Shown here in pieces: positions 37,462 to 48,600 of a stretch of 64,000 nt of DNA. The notes below the pieces were generated by a model. The model ran no database searches. It saw only the letters and a list, made by a program, of their open reading frames with translations, and was not told the DNA's origin. Where the stretch lies: the NCBI GenBank assembly GCA_034521595.1, contig JAXHMG010000003.1, forward strand, positions 64,001-128,000, given 5' to 3'. Origin of the DNA: Gemmatimonadota bacterium. GTDB lineage: Bacteria > Gemmatimonadota > Gemmatimonadetes > Longimicrobiales > Gaopeijiaceae. The position numbers were made by a program, and so were the translations under genes. Numbering within the stretch: position 1 is the stretch's first letter; each line of letters opens with the position of its first letter.

Positions 37462-38406
37462 TCACCCGTCCTGCCCGGACGGTGTCTCGTCGCCTTCGTC
37501 CTGCTCGAAGAGCTCGGTCGTGAGATACCGTGCCGCCGAATCCGGAGCGATGCAGGCGACCCTGTGCCCCGGTCCCAGCTCACGCGCTACCTCGAGCGCG
37601 TTCCAGACGATCGCGCCGCTGCTCATCCCTACGAACAACCCTTCCTCGCGAGCGAGCCGCCGGGCCAGGGGAAAGGCGTCTTCCTCCCAGGCAGTGCGCA
37701 CCTCGTCGATCACCGAGCGGTCCAGATTAGTGGGAATGAACCCGGGGCCCATCCCCTGAAACTGGTGCGTGCCGCGCTCTTCTCCGGAAAGGACGGCGCT
37801 CCGCGCGGGCTCCACGGCGACCACCCGGACCTCCTCGAGACGTTCCTTTAGATAGCGGCCGACACCCGAAATCGTGCCGCCGGTCCCGCTCCCGTAGACG
37901 AACGCATCGATGCGCCCGTCCATTTGCGTCCAGATCTCGGGAGCGGTGACTTCGTAGTGCGCCTGCGGGTTCGCCGGATTTTCGAACTGATTCGGTAGGA
38001 ACGCCCCCGTTCGATCGCGGATTTTTTCCGCTTCCGCGATGGCCGCGAGCATGCGGAGCTCCGGGTCGGTCAGCACGAGCTCCGCGCCGTACGCCAGGAG
38101 CGTCTGCTTCCGCTCGAAGCTCATCGTCGAGGGAAGGCAGAGGGTCAGGTGGTAGCCCCGTGCCGCCGCGACCTGAGCCAAGCCGATGCCCGTGTTGCCC
38201 GACGTCGGCTCGACGATCCGGCCCCCGGGCTCGAGCACCCCTCGGCGTTCGGCGTCCAGCACCATGCCGAGGGCGGGACGATCCTTGATGGAGCCGCCCG
38301 GGTTCATGCCCTCCAGCTTGACCCAGACCTCTGCTTCGTCCGGACCGATGACCCGGCGGAGTCGGACCATGGGTGTGTTGCCGATGAACGCGTCGATGGT
38401 CGTCAC
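37462..38406 (-). CDS. cysK: Cysteine synthase
   Basis: IGNTPMV, KLEGMNPGGSIKDR, TSGNTG, GTGGT, QGMG. Confidence 0.92.
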   Translation of the reverse strand: MTTIDAFIGNTPMVRLRRVIGPDEAEVWVKLEGMNPGGSIKDRPALGMVLDAERRGVLEPGGRIVEPTSGNTGIGLAQVAAARGYHLTLCLPSTMSFERKQTLLAYGAELVLTDPELRMLAAIAEAEKIRDRTGAFLPNQFENPANPQAHYEVTAPEIWTQMDGRIDAFVYGSGTGGTISGVGRYLKERLEEVRVVAVEPARSAVLSGEERGTHQFQGMGPGFIPTNLDRSVIDEVRTAWEEDAFPLARRLAREEGLFVGMSSGAIVWNALEVARELGPGHRVACIAPDSAARYLTTELFEQDEGDETPSGQDG

Positions 38407-38533
38407 GTCTGGAGCGTTCCTGTCGCGGAGCCCGCTCGTGAGGTGCCACGCGAACGGCAAGCAGGCTATGATGAATGGGTCCTCCGGCACCCGGCCGGTG
38501 GCGTCGATGCTTCAGCCGGAGCTGCCTCCAAAC

Positions 38534-39196
38534 GTGACACGCGCGACGCTCGTTCCCAAGACCGTCTTGCCCGCGATCCTCTTCGTTGCGCTCGCGTGCG
38601 TTGGCGACGAGGGAGCCTCGGACGCGTCGGCCGCGGCCACGGTGCCCGATTCGTTCGACGTGGTGCTGAGCACGAGCGGCGGAGAAATCGTGATGCGGAT
38701 GCACCGTGCCTGGTCGCCGAGAGCGGTGGATCGGGTGTACGAGCTCGTGAGCTCGGGCTTCTACGACGGAGCTCGCTTCTACCGGGTGAACGAGCAATTC
38801 GCCCAGTTCGGCTTCAGTGGTCGACCGGAGCGCGACACGGTGTGGATGGAGCGGCGGCTGCCCGACGAGCCGGTCCGTGCGTCCAATGTTCGGGGCACGG
38901 TGGCGTTCGGCCGAGCCGGGCCGAACTCGCGCAACTTCGTGTTGTTCGTGAACCTGGTGGACAACACCTTTCTCGATACGTGGTCGGGCGACGGTGTCGA
39001 CGGATTTCCGCCGGTCGGTCGTGTGGAGCGGGGCCTGGAGGTGGCGGAAAACCTGTACTCGGGTCACGGAGATGCGATCGTGGCCATGGAAGACTCGATT
39101 CTCGCACGGGGCAACGCGTTCCTCGATCGCCGCTTCCCCGGGTTGGATTCGATCGTAGGCGCCGAAATCACTCGAAGCTGGACAGACAGCCCATGA
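38534..39196 (+). CDS. Cyclophilin-type peptidyl-prolyl isomerase, lipoprotein; start uncertain
   Basis: ALAC lipobox, GFYDGARFYRV, AQFG, NVRGTVAF, FVNLVDN. Confidence 0.87.
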   Translation: MTRATLVPKTVLPAILFVALACVGDEGASDASAAATVPDSFDVVLSTSGGEIVMRMHRAWSPRAVDRVYELVSSGFYDGARFYRVNEQFAQFGFSGRPERDTVWMERRLPDEPVRASNVRGTVAFGRAGPNSRNFVLFVNLVDNTFLDTWSGDGVDGFPPVGRVERGLEVAENLYSGHGDAIVAMEDSILARGNAFLDRRFPGLDSIVGAEITRSWTDSP

Positions 39197-39543
39197 CGTC
39201 GCCGGATCATCTCAGTGAGGATCAGCTCGCCGCCCTCCGAGCGGAGCTCGACCGGGAGCTCGCGAAGCTGGAACAGAGCATGGAGGTCACCGACGAGGCG
39301 CTCCGGCCGGTGCAGTTGGATCAGACCGCCGTGGGGCGGCTCTCGCGCATCGACTCGTTGCAGAACCAAGGGCTGACCAAGAACCTGCGGGAGCGAGAGC
39401 AGGCCAAGCTCGGGATGCTCGTGGAAGCCCTCAAGCGTATCGAGGCCGGCCGGTACGGGATCTGCGAGGAATGCGGAGGGCCGATTCCCTTCGAGCGATT
39501 GATCGTGATGCCGGAAACACCGACGTGCTCGGCCTGCGCTTGA
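39193..39543 (+). CDS. DksA/TraR C4 zinc-finger protein
   Basis: Coiled coil, ALKRIE.G.YGICEECG.PI..ERL...P....CSAC. Confidence 0.9.
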   Translation: MTSPDHLSEDQLAALRAELDRELAKLEQSMEVTDEALRPVQLDQTAVGRLSRIDSLQNQGLTKNLREREQAKLGMLVEALKRIEAGRYGICEECGGPIPFERLIVMPETPTCSACA

Positions 39544-39610
39544 AGGCCGGGGCCGAGAGCGAGGGGGCGCTTCTACGCCTCGCGGACGCCTCATGGCCCG
39601 CGACCCCGGC

Positions 39611-40285
39611 TCATCCGTCGACGAGCGTCGCGCTCACGATCCGCGTGAGATCGGGAAACTCCTGGTCGAGGTAGGCGTTCCCTCGGGCCTCGACCATGGC
39701 CTGATAGGGGCCTTCGCCCCTCGGGGGACCGTCGCCGTACCCGTCATGGAACCGGTCGACCACGTCCATCCCTTCCACCACCTCGCCGACGGGGGCGAAG
39801 TGGTTTTCGTCCAGCTGCGGGTTGTCAGCGAGATTGATGAAGACCTCGGTGGTGCGGGTGTGACGCCCTCCCTTGGCGAAGGTCACGCGTCCGCGGGTGT
39901 TTTCCCGCACCACGGGGTCGTCGACGAGGTACTCGGTCTTCCACGCCTGATTCACGTACGGGTCTCCGTTGAGCCCGAACTGGGCGACGAAGCCGTCCAC
40001 GACGCGGTATACGCGCGTGTCGTCGAAGAACCCGCTCTTCACCAGGTTGTAGAACCGATCGGCGCCGAGCGGTGCCCAGGCGCGGTGCACCTCCACCACG
40101 AAGTCACCCGCGCTCGTCTCGAATCGCGCGCGGAAGGTTTCGGGCGCTCGCTCGTCGAAGCGTTCCGGGCGAAGCAGGGGGTTCGGCCGCTGGGCGTCCG
40201 AGGTGTCGGCCTCACCCGAGCAGGCGAGAGCGACGATGGCGGTGGCCCACAGTGGGGTGCGGCGAAGGATGGGGGGAGCAAGCAC
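39611..40285 (-). CDS. Cyclophilin-type peptidyl-prolyl isomerase, lipoprotein
   Basis: ALAC lipobox, WAPLGADRFYNLV, YRVVDGFVAQFG, RTTEVFINL. Confidence 0.9.
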   Translation of the reverse strand: MLAPPILRRTPLWATAIVALACSGEADTSDAQRPNPLLRPERFDERAPETFRARFETSAGDFVVEVHRAWAPLGADRFYNLVKSGFFDDTRVYRVVDGFVAQFGLNGDPYVNQAWKTEYLVDDPVVRENTRGRVTFAKGGRHTRTTEVFINLADNPQLDENHFAPVGEVVEGMDVVDRFHDGYGDGPPRGEGPYQAMVEARGNAYLDQEFPDLTRIVSATLVDG

Positions 40286-40521
40286 TCGGATCTCCGGACG
40301 TGGAAAACACCAGTGGAGGATGTGGGTCTGGGAAGGCGGTCCGTCAAGGTTGGCATCAACTGGCGCTCCCGGACCGTTCGGTGCCGTCCCGTTCTACGAC
40401 GGGCTGCTCGGAGCGCCGTATGGAGCACATTCGCCCGCATGACGTAGTACCGTGTGAGCCCAGGCTACGAGGACCTTTATCCGACTCGATGAATATGTGA
40501 ACCGTGGCGCGCATACAGAGT

Positions 40522-40906
40522 TAGCAGCCCGTGGCAGAAGTCTGGTGGGTCGCGCGACCACCGCTGCGCGGCGGTGCCCGGGTCTTGCGGATATCGTACA
40601 AGGAAGAGCGACGAATGCGATGCCGAAGCATCGGGGAGGAGCTATGACGCCGTACGATGCCGCGGGCACCGACGCGATAGCGTTGGTCCCCTCGTGCCCT
40701 TCGGACCACCGCTGGCGCGGCGGTGCCCGGGGCGGCACGGCCCGACCCACGCCCTCCGGGCGTGGGTGCCCCCCGTCGTTGCCACTCCTTGACGTAGCTC
40801 AGGGCTATGCCTTCGTCGTGTCGCCTAGGGTCTGGGGCCGTGGCGCTCCCGGGGCACCCGGGCGCAGCACGGGTCCGACCCACCAGACTTCTGCCACGGG
40901 CTGCTA
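40522..40906. mobile_element. Non-autonomous TIR element, copy 3 (longest, five inserted units)
   Basis: Perfect 31-bp TIR, bounded by TTAG...CTAG, between divergent genes. Confidence 0.85.
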
Positions 40907-40941
40907 GGAGCCGTCGAAGCCATGACCAGGGACCGCCGCCG

Positions 40942-41766
40942 ATGACCGCGATGATCACGTGGGCCGCTGTCGCGCTACTCGCCGGCGGGATGGAACGGGG
41001 GGGCCAGGCACCCGCGCAAGAGCCTGCTCCGAGCGTGCTGGAAGTCCGGGTGGACGTGCCCGGAGGACGTATGCGGGCGCTCTGTACCCCCGGGAAGCCG
41101 CGCGTCCTCTTCCTGCACGACGAGGGAACCGGCGCGGCCTCGTGGCGGCCGGTGCTCGAGCAGCTCACTGGCATAGGCGCCTGCGCGTACGACCGCGACG
41201 CCATCCTACCCGGCCGCGTGCCGCCGGAGGGACTCGGGTGGTACGAGTACCTCGAGCGGTTGAAGGACGCGCACGAGGCGTTGGGGGTGTCGGAGGAGCT
41301 CGTCCTGGTCGGGAACGGGGTCGGAGCGATGTACGCGCGACTGTTCGCCGCCTCTCTCCCGAGCGCCGTGTCCGGGCTGGTCCTGGTGGAGCCGAGCCAC
41401 GAAGACATGCCCGATCTGCTCCGGGCGGCCATGCCGCCCGAGGACTGGAACGAGTGGATGGCGGACAGGGCCCTCCCCAACGAGGACGGACTCCGGCCGG
41501 CGGCCCTGGCGGAGCGAGCACGAAGAGCCCGGCTACCGTCGATCCCGGTTACGGTGGTCACGGTGGGGCGCCGGCGGATCCCGCCCGACTGGGACGCGCG
41601 GTTCGTGGCCGAGGCGGCCAGACAGACGCACGAAGCGCTGGTCGAGGGCCAGCCGTTCGGGCGGCACGTACCGGCTCCGGGCTCGGGCCCGAACGTCGCG
41701 CAGGATGTCCCGGCTCTCCTGGTGGAGGAAGTCGAACGGATCGTGCGTATCGCCTTGGGTTCCTGA
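40942..41766 (+). CDS. Alpha/beta-hydrolase-fold protein with degenerate catalytic residues
   Basis: VLFLH, ACAYDR, LVLVGNGVG, GLVLVEP, SGPNV..DVP. Confidence 0.8.
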   Translation: MTAMITWAAVALLAGGMERGGQAPAQEPAPSVLEVRVDVPGGRMRALCTPGKPRVLFLHDEGTGAASWRPVLEQLTGIGACAYDRDAILPGRVPPEGLGWYEYLERLKDAHEALGVSEELVLVGNGVGAMYARLFAASLPSAVSGLVLVEPSHEDMPDLLRAAMPPEDWNEWMADRALPNEDGLRPAALAERARRARLPSIPVTVVTVGRRRIPPDWDARFVAEAARQTHEALVEGQPFGRHVPAPGSGPNVAQDVPALLVEEVERIVRIALGS

Positions 41767-41834
41767 CGGACCGCACGACGACCGGCTACATTCGGCCCAC
41801 GGCCACGCACGCTTATCCATGCAAAAGGGAACCG

Positions 41835-42386
41835 ATGGACGCGACACGGACGGAAACAGCCACGCTCGGAGGGGGATGCTTCTGGTGCCTGGAGGCGGTT
41901 TTCAACCTGACGGAGGGCGTGCTCGGCGTGAAGTCGGGCTATATGGGTGGGCATACGACCGATCCCACGTACGAACAGGTATGCACGGGCACCACCGGGC
42001 ACGCGGAAGTGGTGCAGGTCGAGTTCGATCCGGACGTCATCACGTACCGCGACCTTCTCGAAATCTTCTTCGGTATCCACGATCCGACGACCCTCAACCG
42101 TCAGGGGGCGGACGTCGGGACGCAGTATCGTTCCGTGGTCTTCCATCACGCGCCCGAGCAGGAGCAAGTGGCCCGAGAGGTGATCACCGCGCTGGAGCGC
42201 GAAGGGGTGTGGGACGCTCCGATCGTGACGGAGGTGACGGAGGCGGGCCCGTTTTACCCGGCCGAGCCCTACCACGACCAGTACTTCGACAGGAATGCGG
42301 ATCAGCCCTATTGCCGTGCCGTGATCGCACCGAAGGTCGCCAAGTATCGACAACGCTTCGCGCACAAATTGCGGCGCGACCGGTGA
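41835..42386 (+). CDS. msrA: Peptide methionine sulfoxide reductase A
   Basis: GGGCFWC, GYMGG, TGHAEVV, QYRS, AEPYHDQY, YC. Confidence 0.97.
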   Translation: MDATRTETATLGGGCFWCLEAVFNLTEGVLGVKSGYMGGHTTDPTYEQVCTGTTGHAEVVQVEFDPDVITYRDLLEIFFGIHDPTTLNRQGADVGTQYRSVVFHHAPEQEQVAREVITALEREGVWDAPIVTEVTEAGPFYPAEPYHDQYFDRNADQPYCRAVIAPKVAKYRQRFAHKLRRDR

Positions 42387-42504
42387 GTGCAGCGTACATT
42401 TCCTGAGTAGATCGAGCGTCCGGGCACGTAGGGAGGCGGGAACTTCCCCATGCTGCGCGGGATAGTCCGATCGATGTAACCCCCCCAAGCACAGGAGATG
42501 GCGT

Positions 42505-42930
42505 ATGCCCAAGCCAGACGGCGACCTGGTCGTCAAGTGGCGGGAGTTGGCCGAGGAAGGCTATCTGTACGCCGAGATCGCGCGGATGTACCCGAAGCAT
42601 ACCGTGGACCAGGTGCGCCACTATTGTTTGGGCCACACGGGGAGGAACCTCGGGGGCCCGATCCAGAGCGTCGATCGTTGGTACGGATCCAACGTCTGGC
42701 TGAGGGGCGAGAACTCACCCCACAGCGAGCTGACGGAGGAGCAGGCCCGGAGCGTGCTCGACGACTGGGACGAGGACGCCGACCGCTGGCGCTCCTCGGG
42801 AGCTGAATGGGCACGCATCCTCGGGGTGTCTCCAAGTACCATCTACATGCTGCGCCGTGGTGAGACGTGGAAGCATTTGAAGCATCCGAACCAGGGGCGG
42901 AAGCCGAAGAAGGACAAGAAAGGGCCCTGA
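42505..42930 (+). CDS. Hypothetical HTH DNA-binding protein
   Basis: CAGGAG RBS, GENSPHSELTEEQ...WARILGVSPSTIYMLRRGETWKHL, basic tail. Confidence 0.78.
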   Translation: MPKPDGDLVVKWRELAEEGYLYAEIARMYPKHTVDQVRHYCLGHTGRNLGGPIQSVDRWYGSNVWLRGENSPHSELTEEQARSVLDDWDEDADRWRSSGAEWARILGVSPSTIYMLRRGETWKHLKHPNQGRKPKKDKKGP

Positions 42931-43015
42931 TCGGATCCGTCGCACGCGTGCCGGGGTGGCGAGGTCGGGGCACCGCTTTTTAGGGAAGGCCAGGGGCCCC
43001 TTCCCGGGACGCCGG

Positions 43016-44581
<1,566 letters not shown>

Positions 44582-44735
44582 GGGACTGTCGCGTGCGAGC
44601 ATGAGGGACGATGAGTATTCGGGGTGCTCTCTTAGTCTCACCAAGATCCCGGGTTCGCGCCAACGACGGAACAAGGCGGCTTATGCGCAATATAACCCCG
44701 GTGCGGTAAGCTCTGACCCGAACAAAGGAACCGTA

Positions 44736-45098
44736 ATGTCCCACGACTGGCTCGAACGCGATGACCTGTCCGTGTTCGTGGTTGCCGGTGTCCCCAAGGG
44801 ATTCAACCGAAAGCTCCAGGAAACGATCACGAAGGAGCACGGCGAGAAAGCCGTGTCGATGCGTGTCAACGACGAGTTGGCGGATTGGGTCCTGACGAAG
44901 GTGCGTGGGGAGTACCGTCCTTCGTCCAAGCGGAGCACCGCGTCGAAGGCGCTCTGGCGGGCGTTCCGGGCTCTGGCCGCCGCGCGCTACCACCTGAAGG
45001 ACGACCCCGAGTTCAGCGAGGAGGTTCGGGCGCTGCGCGATCAGGTCGAAGCTCATTGGTTGCGCATCACACCGCTCAACCGCGAGACGGAGGACTGA
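44736..45098 (+). CDS. Hypothetical protein (120 aa)
   Basis: AAAGGA RBS then ATG, coding-like composition, fills the gap, no recognisable motif. Confidence 0.7.
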   Translation: MSHDWLERDDLSVFVVAGVPKGFNRKLQETITKEHGEKAVSMRVNDELADWVLTKVRGEYRPSSKRSTASKALWRAFRALAAARYHLKDDPEFSEEVRALRDQVEAHWLRITPLNRETED

Positions 45099-45139
45099 GC
45101 GGCCGACCGGGACGGAGCACGGGCGCATCCTTTCCGGTG

Positions 45140-45661
45140 TCAGGCGAGCAACTCCCGGATCACTCGATTCCGATGCTCGAAGATCTTCCGGAGTTGGTGC
45201 CGGACGAAGGGGAGCGCCACCTCACCGAGCGGCCATCCGGGTAGCCGGTAGCGGACCTCGTCCGTCATGCGGGTCCGGCCGTGACCGACATTCTCGAACA
45301 GATGGCGATGGGCCCACGTGTGATACGGGCCACGGATCTGGGTGTCCGTGAAGCCGTACGGTGGATCCCAGACGCTGATCTCGGTGCGCCAACGGAACGG
45401 GATCCCGTTGAGACGTATCTCATAGTCGATCCGTGCGCCCGTTCTCATGCGGATCGGAGCGGGCGTCAGCATGCGGAACCGTAACGCCTCGGGTGTGATT
45501 CGCTCCAGGTTCTGGGCCGCCGCGAAAAACGGGAACACTTCGTCCCTCGGACGGTCGAGCACGGTGACCGCGCGCAGGAGATGAAAGCCGTGCCCGAGAT
45601 CTCCGACGTCCGGGTCCACGCATGCGTGGGTGGGGTCCGGGCCGGGGAGGGGCCGCTTCAC
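45140..45661 (-). CDS. SRPBCC-family protein
   Basis: VFPFF....NLERITP, WRTEI..W.PP..F.D.Q.RGPY..W.H.H.F. Confidence 0.87.
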   Translation of the reverse strand: MKRPLPGPDPTHACVDPDVGDLGHGFHLLRAVTVLDRPRDEVFPFFAAAQNLERITPEALRFRMLTPAPIRMRTGARIDYEIRLNGIPFRWRTEISVWDPPYGFTDTQIRGPYHTWAHRHLFENVGHGRTRMTDEVRYRLPGWPLGEVALPFVRHQLRKIFEHRNRVIRELLA

Positions 45662-45674
45662 CGAGCCTCGCCGT

Positions 45675-48600
45675 TCAGGACGAGGCCTTGTTCCACCGGC
45701 GGGGCTGCTGTTCCTCCTCCTCGAAGCGCGGGCGAGTGCGTCGCACGAGTCGGACGTTCCGGCGGCCGAAGAGCTTCTGCAGTTCCTGCATGGCGTCCCG
45801 GTCCGGGGTTACGCCCAGAGAGCGTGAGCGGAGCCTGGGCGCCTGGTCCCCGTTGTCCCGACCTACTTGGAGCCAGACCGGTGAGGTGCCCGGATGGGCG
45901 GACAGCACGTCGCGTGCTTTCGCGAACGCCTCCTCCGGCACCTCCGAGCCGAGCTCGAGCTCGATCTGCACCGCGAGCTCCCCGGCTTCGGCGACGTCTT
46001 CGAGAGCGCGCGCGGAATCCAGGAAGATCGGCGGCTCTTCTTCATCCCGTTCGCGGCTGCTCACCTTGCCCGTGATCACCACGGCGGCGTCCTGCCGAAG
46101 GATGTCCTTACATTCCTGCCAGGTTTCTCGGAAGGCGAGCACCGTGGCGGTTCCGGTGAAGTCCTCCACGGTGATCTTGCCCCATTCGGAGTTGTCCTTG
46201 CGCGAGATCTGCCGTGCGACGGAGGTCACGACACACGGAAGCTCGACGCTCTGCCCGGCGTGCTCGATCAGGGAGTCGGACGAGACCCCCTCGAAGGCTT
46301 GGACGACTTCCCGGAAGCGGTCGAGCGGGTGTCCGGAGATGAAGAATCCGAGCGCGGCTTTCTCACGCGCGAGCCGCTCCGACTCCGGCCATTCCGGAAT
46401 GCTCGGGAGTGAAGGAGCTTTCTTGGCGAGGGCGGAGCCGTCGTCGAACAGGGAGCCCTGACCGGCTTCGATCTCGGCCGCGCGGGCTTGTACTTCCCCG
46501 TACGCCGTGTCGAGCCCGGCGAGGAGCTGGGCCCGATGACCGAACGCGTCGAGCGCACCCGCGGCGATGAGCGCCTCGCACGCCCGCTTGTTCAGCGCGC
46601 GCGTGTCGATACGCTCGAGGAAATCGAACAGGGACGTGAAGGGGCCGTCTTCACGCGCGTCCAGGATCGACTGGACCGCGGAGTGCCCGACGCCCCGTAC
46701 GGCGCCCATGCCGAAGCGGATCTCGCTGTCATCGGTGACGGTGAATTTCCAACCCGACTCGTTCACGTCCGGCGGGAGCACCTCGACCGGGTCTTCGAGC
46801 TTGTCGATGAAGCGCGGGAGCTCCCGGCACGCGCCGATGTGCTTCACCACGCTGTCCGTGTTGTCGATGACCGACGAGAGGAGCGCGGCCATGAACTCGG
46901 CCGGATAGTGGGCCTTCAGCCACGCGGTCTGGTACGAGATGAGGGAGTACGCCGCCGAGTGGCTCCGGTTGAAGCCGTAGCGGCCGAACGTCTCGATCTG
47001 TTCGGCGAGGTCTTCGGCCGTGGGCTTCTCGATCCCCCGCTCGACCGCTCGTTCGACGAACCGTCCGAGCTCCTTGCGGATGAGCTCCGCGTCCTTCTTA
47101 CCCACCGCCTTCCGGAGCATGTCCGCTTCCCCGAGCGTGAAGCCCGCCAGCTCGGAGGCGATGCGCATGACCTGTTCCTGGTAGACGATGACCCCCTGGG
47201 TGGGCTCCAGGATCGTCTCGAGGCTCGGATGCGGGTACGTGACCGCCTCACGGCCGAGCTTCCGGTTGATGAAGACGTCGGTCATTCCCGAGTCGAGCGG
47301 ACCGGGGCGGATCAAGGCGTTCGTGGCGACGAGGTCTTCGAACCGGTCGCAGCGCATCGCGCGCAGCTTGTCGTTCGCGAGCCGGGATTCGAACTGGAAG
47401 ACCCCCGCGGTGCCCCCGCGCGCCATCATGCGGTAGACGGCCGGATCCTCGAGGGGCACCTCGTCGATGCTCTCGTACGTCTCGCCGGTATCCGGATTCT
47501 TCAGGATTCCGTGGCGGGCTTCGACCATCTTCACCGCGTCGTGGACGACGGTGAGAGTCTTGAGCCCCAGGAAATCCATCTTGAGCATGCCGGCCTCTTC
47601 GAGGCTCGTCATGTCGTACTGCGTCACGGCCATGGCGTCGTCGCCGTTGCCGTTCTTTCCGGTCTGGATGCTGACCGGGACGTACTCGTCCAGTGGCCCG
47701 GGCGCGATCACCACACCCGCGGCGTGCACGGACGCATGACGGGCGAGGCCCTCCAGCGTCATCGAGTAGTCGAAGAGCTGCCGGTGCCGTTCGTCTTTCT
47801 CGTAGAGCTCCTTGACCTCCTGGAGCCCCTCCACCGCTTCCTGTACCGTGTACGCCTGGCCCGGCGCGTTGGGGATCAGCTTGGCGATGCGGTCGGTCTC
47901 GCCCGGCTCGAATCCGAGCGTCCGCCCCACGTCGCGCACGACCGCGCGGCTCTTCATGGTGCCGAACGTGATGATCTGTCCGACCGCGTCCTTGCCGTAC
48001 TTCCGGCGGGTGTACTCGATGACCTCGCCCCGACGCTCGTAACAGAAGTCGATGTCGATATCCGGCATCGAGATCCGGTCGGGGTTGAGAAAGCGCTCGA
48101 AGAGCAGGTCGAACTCGAGCGGATCGAGGTTCGTGATGCCCAGGGCGTACGCCACGAGGGATCCTGCGGCGGAGCCTCGGCCCGGGCCCACGGGGATGTC
48201 CTGCTCCCGCGCCCAGCGGATGAAGTCCTGGGTGATCAGGAAGTACCCGGCGTACCCGGTTCCCTTGATCACTCCCATCTCGTAGTCGAAGCGTTCCTGC
48301 GCCTGGGGCGGAAGCGGATCTCCGTAGCGCTCCTTCGCCCCTTCGAGCGCGAGATGCTCGAGGAACGCGGTCTCGTCGGGGTGCTCGTCGGGGACCGGGA
48401 ACTCGGGCAGGAAGTACTTCTTCTCGAAGACGAGGTCCACCTCGTCCGCGATCTTGAGCGTGTTCTCGACCAGGTCCGGCCGCTCCGGGAACCGCTCGGC
48501 CATCTCGTCGGCGCTCTTGAAGTAGAGCCCGTCGTCGTAGTGCATGCGGTTCGGGTCGTTGCGGTCCTTGCCGAGCCCGATGCAGAGCAGGATGTCGTGC

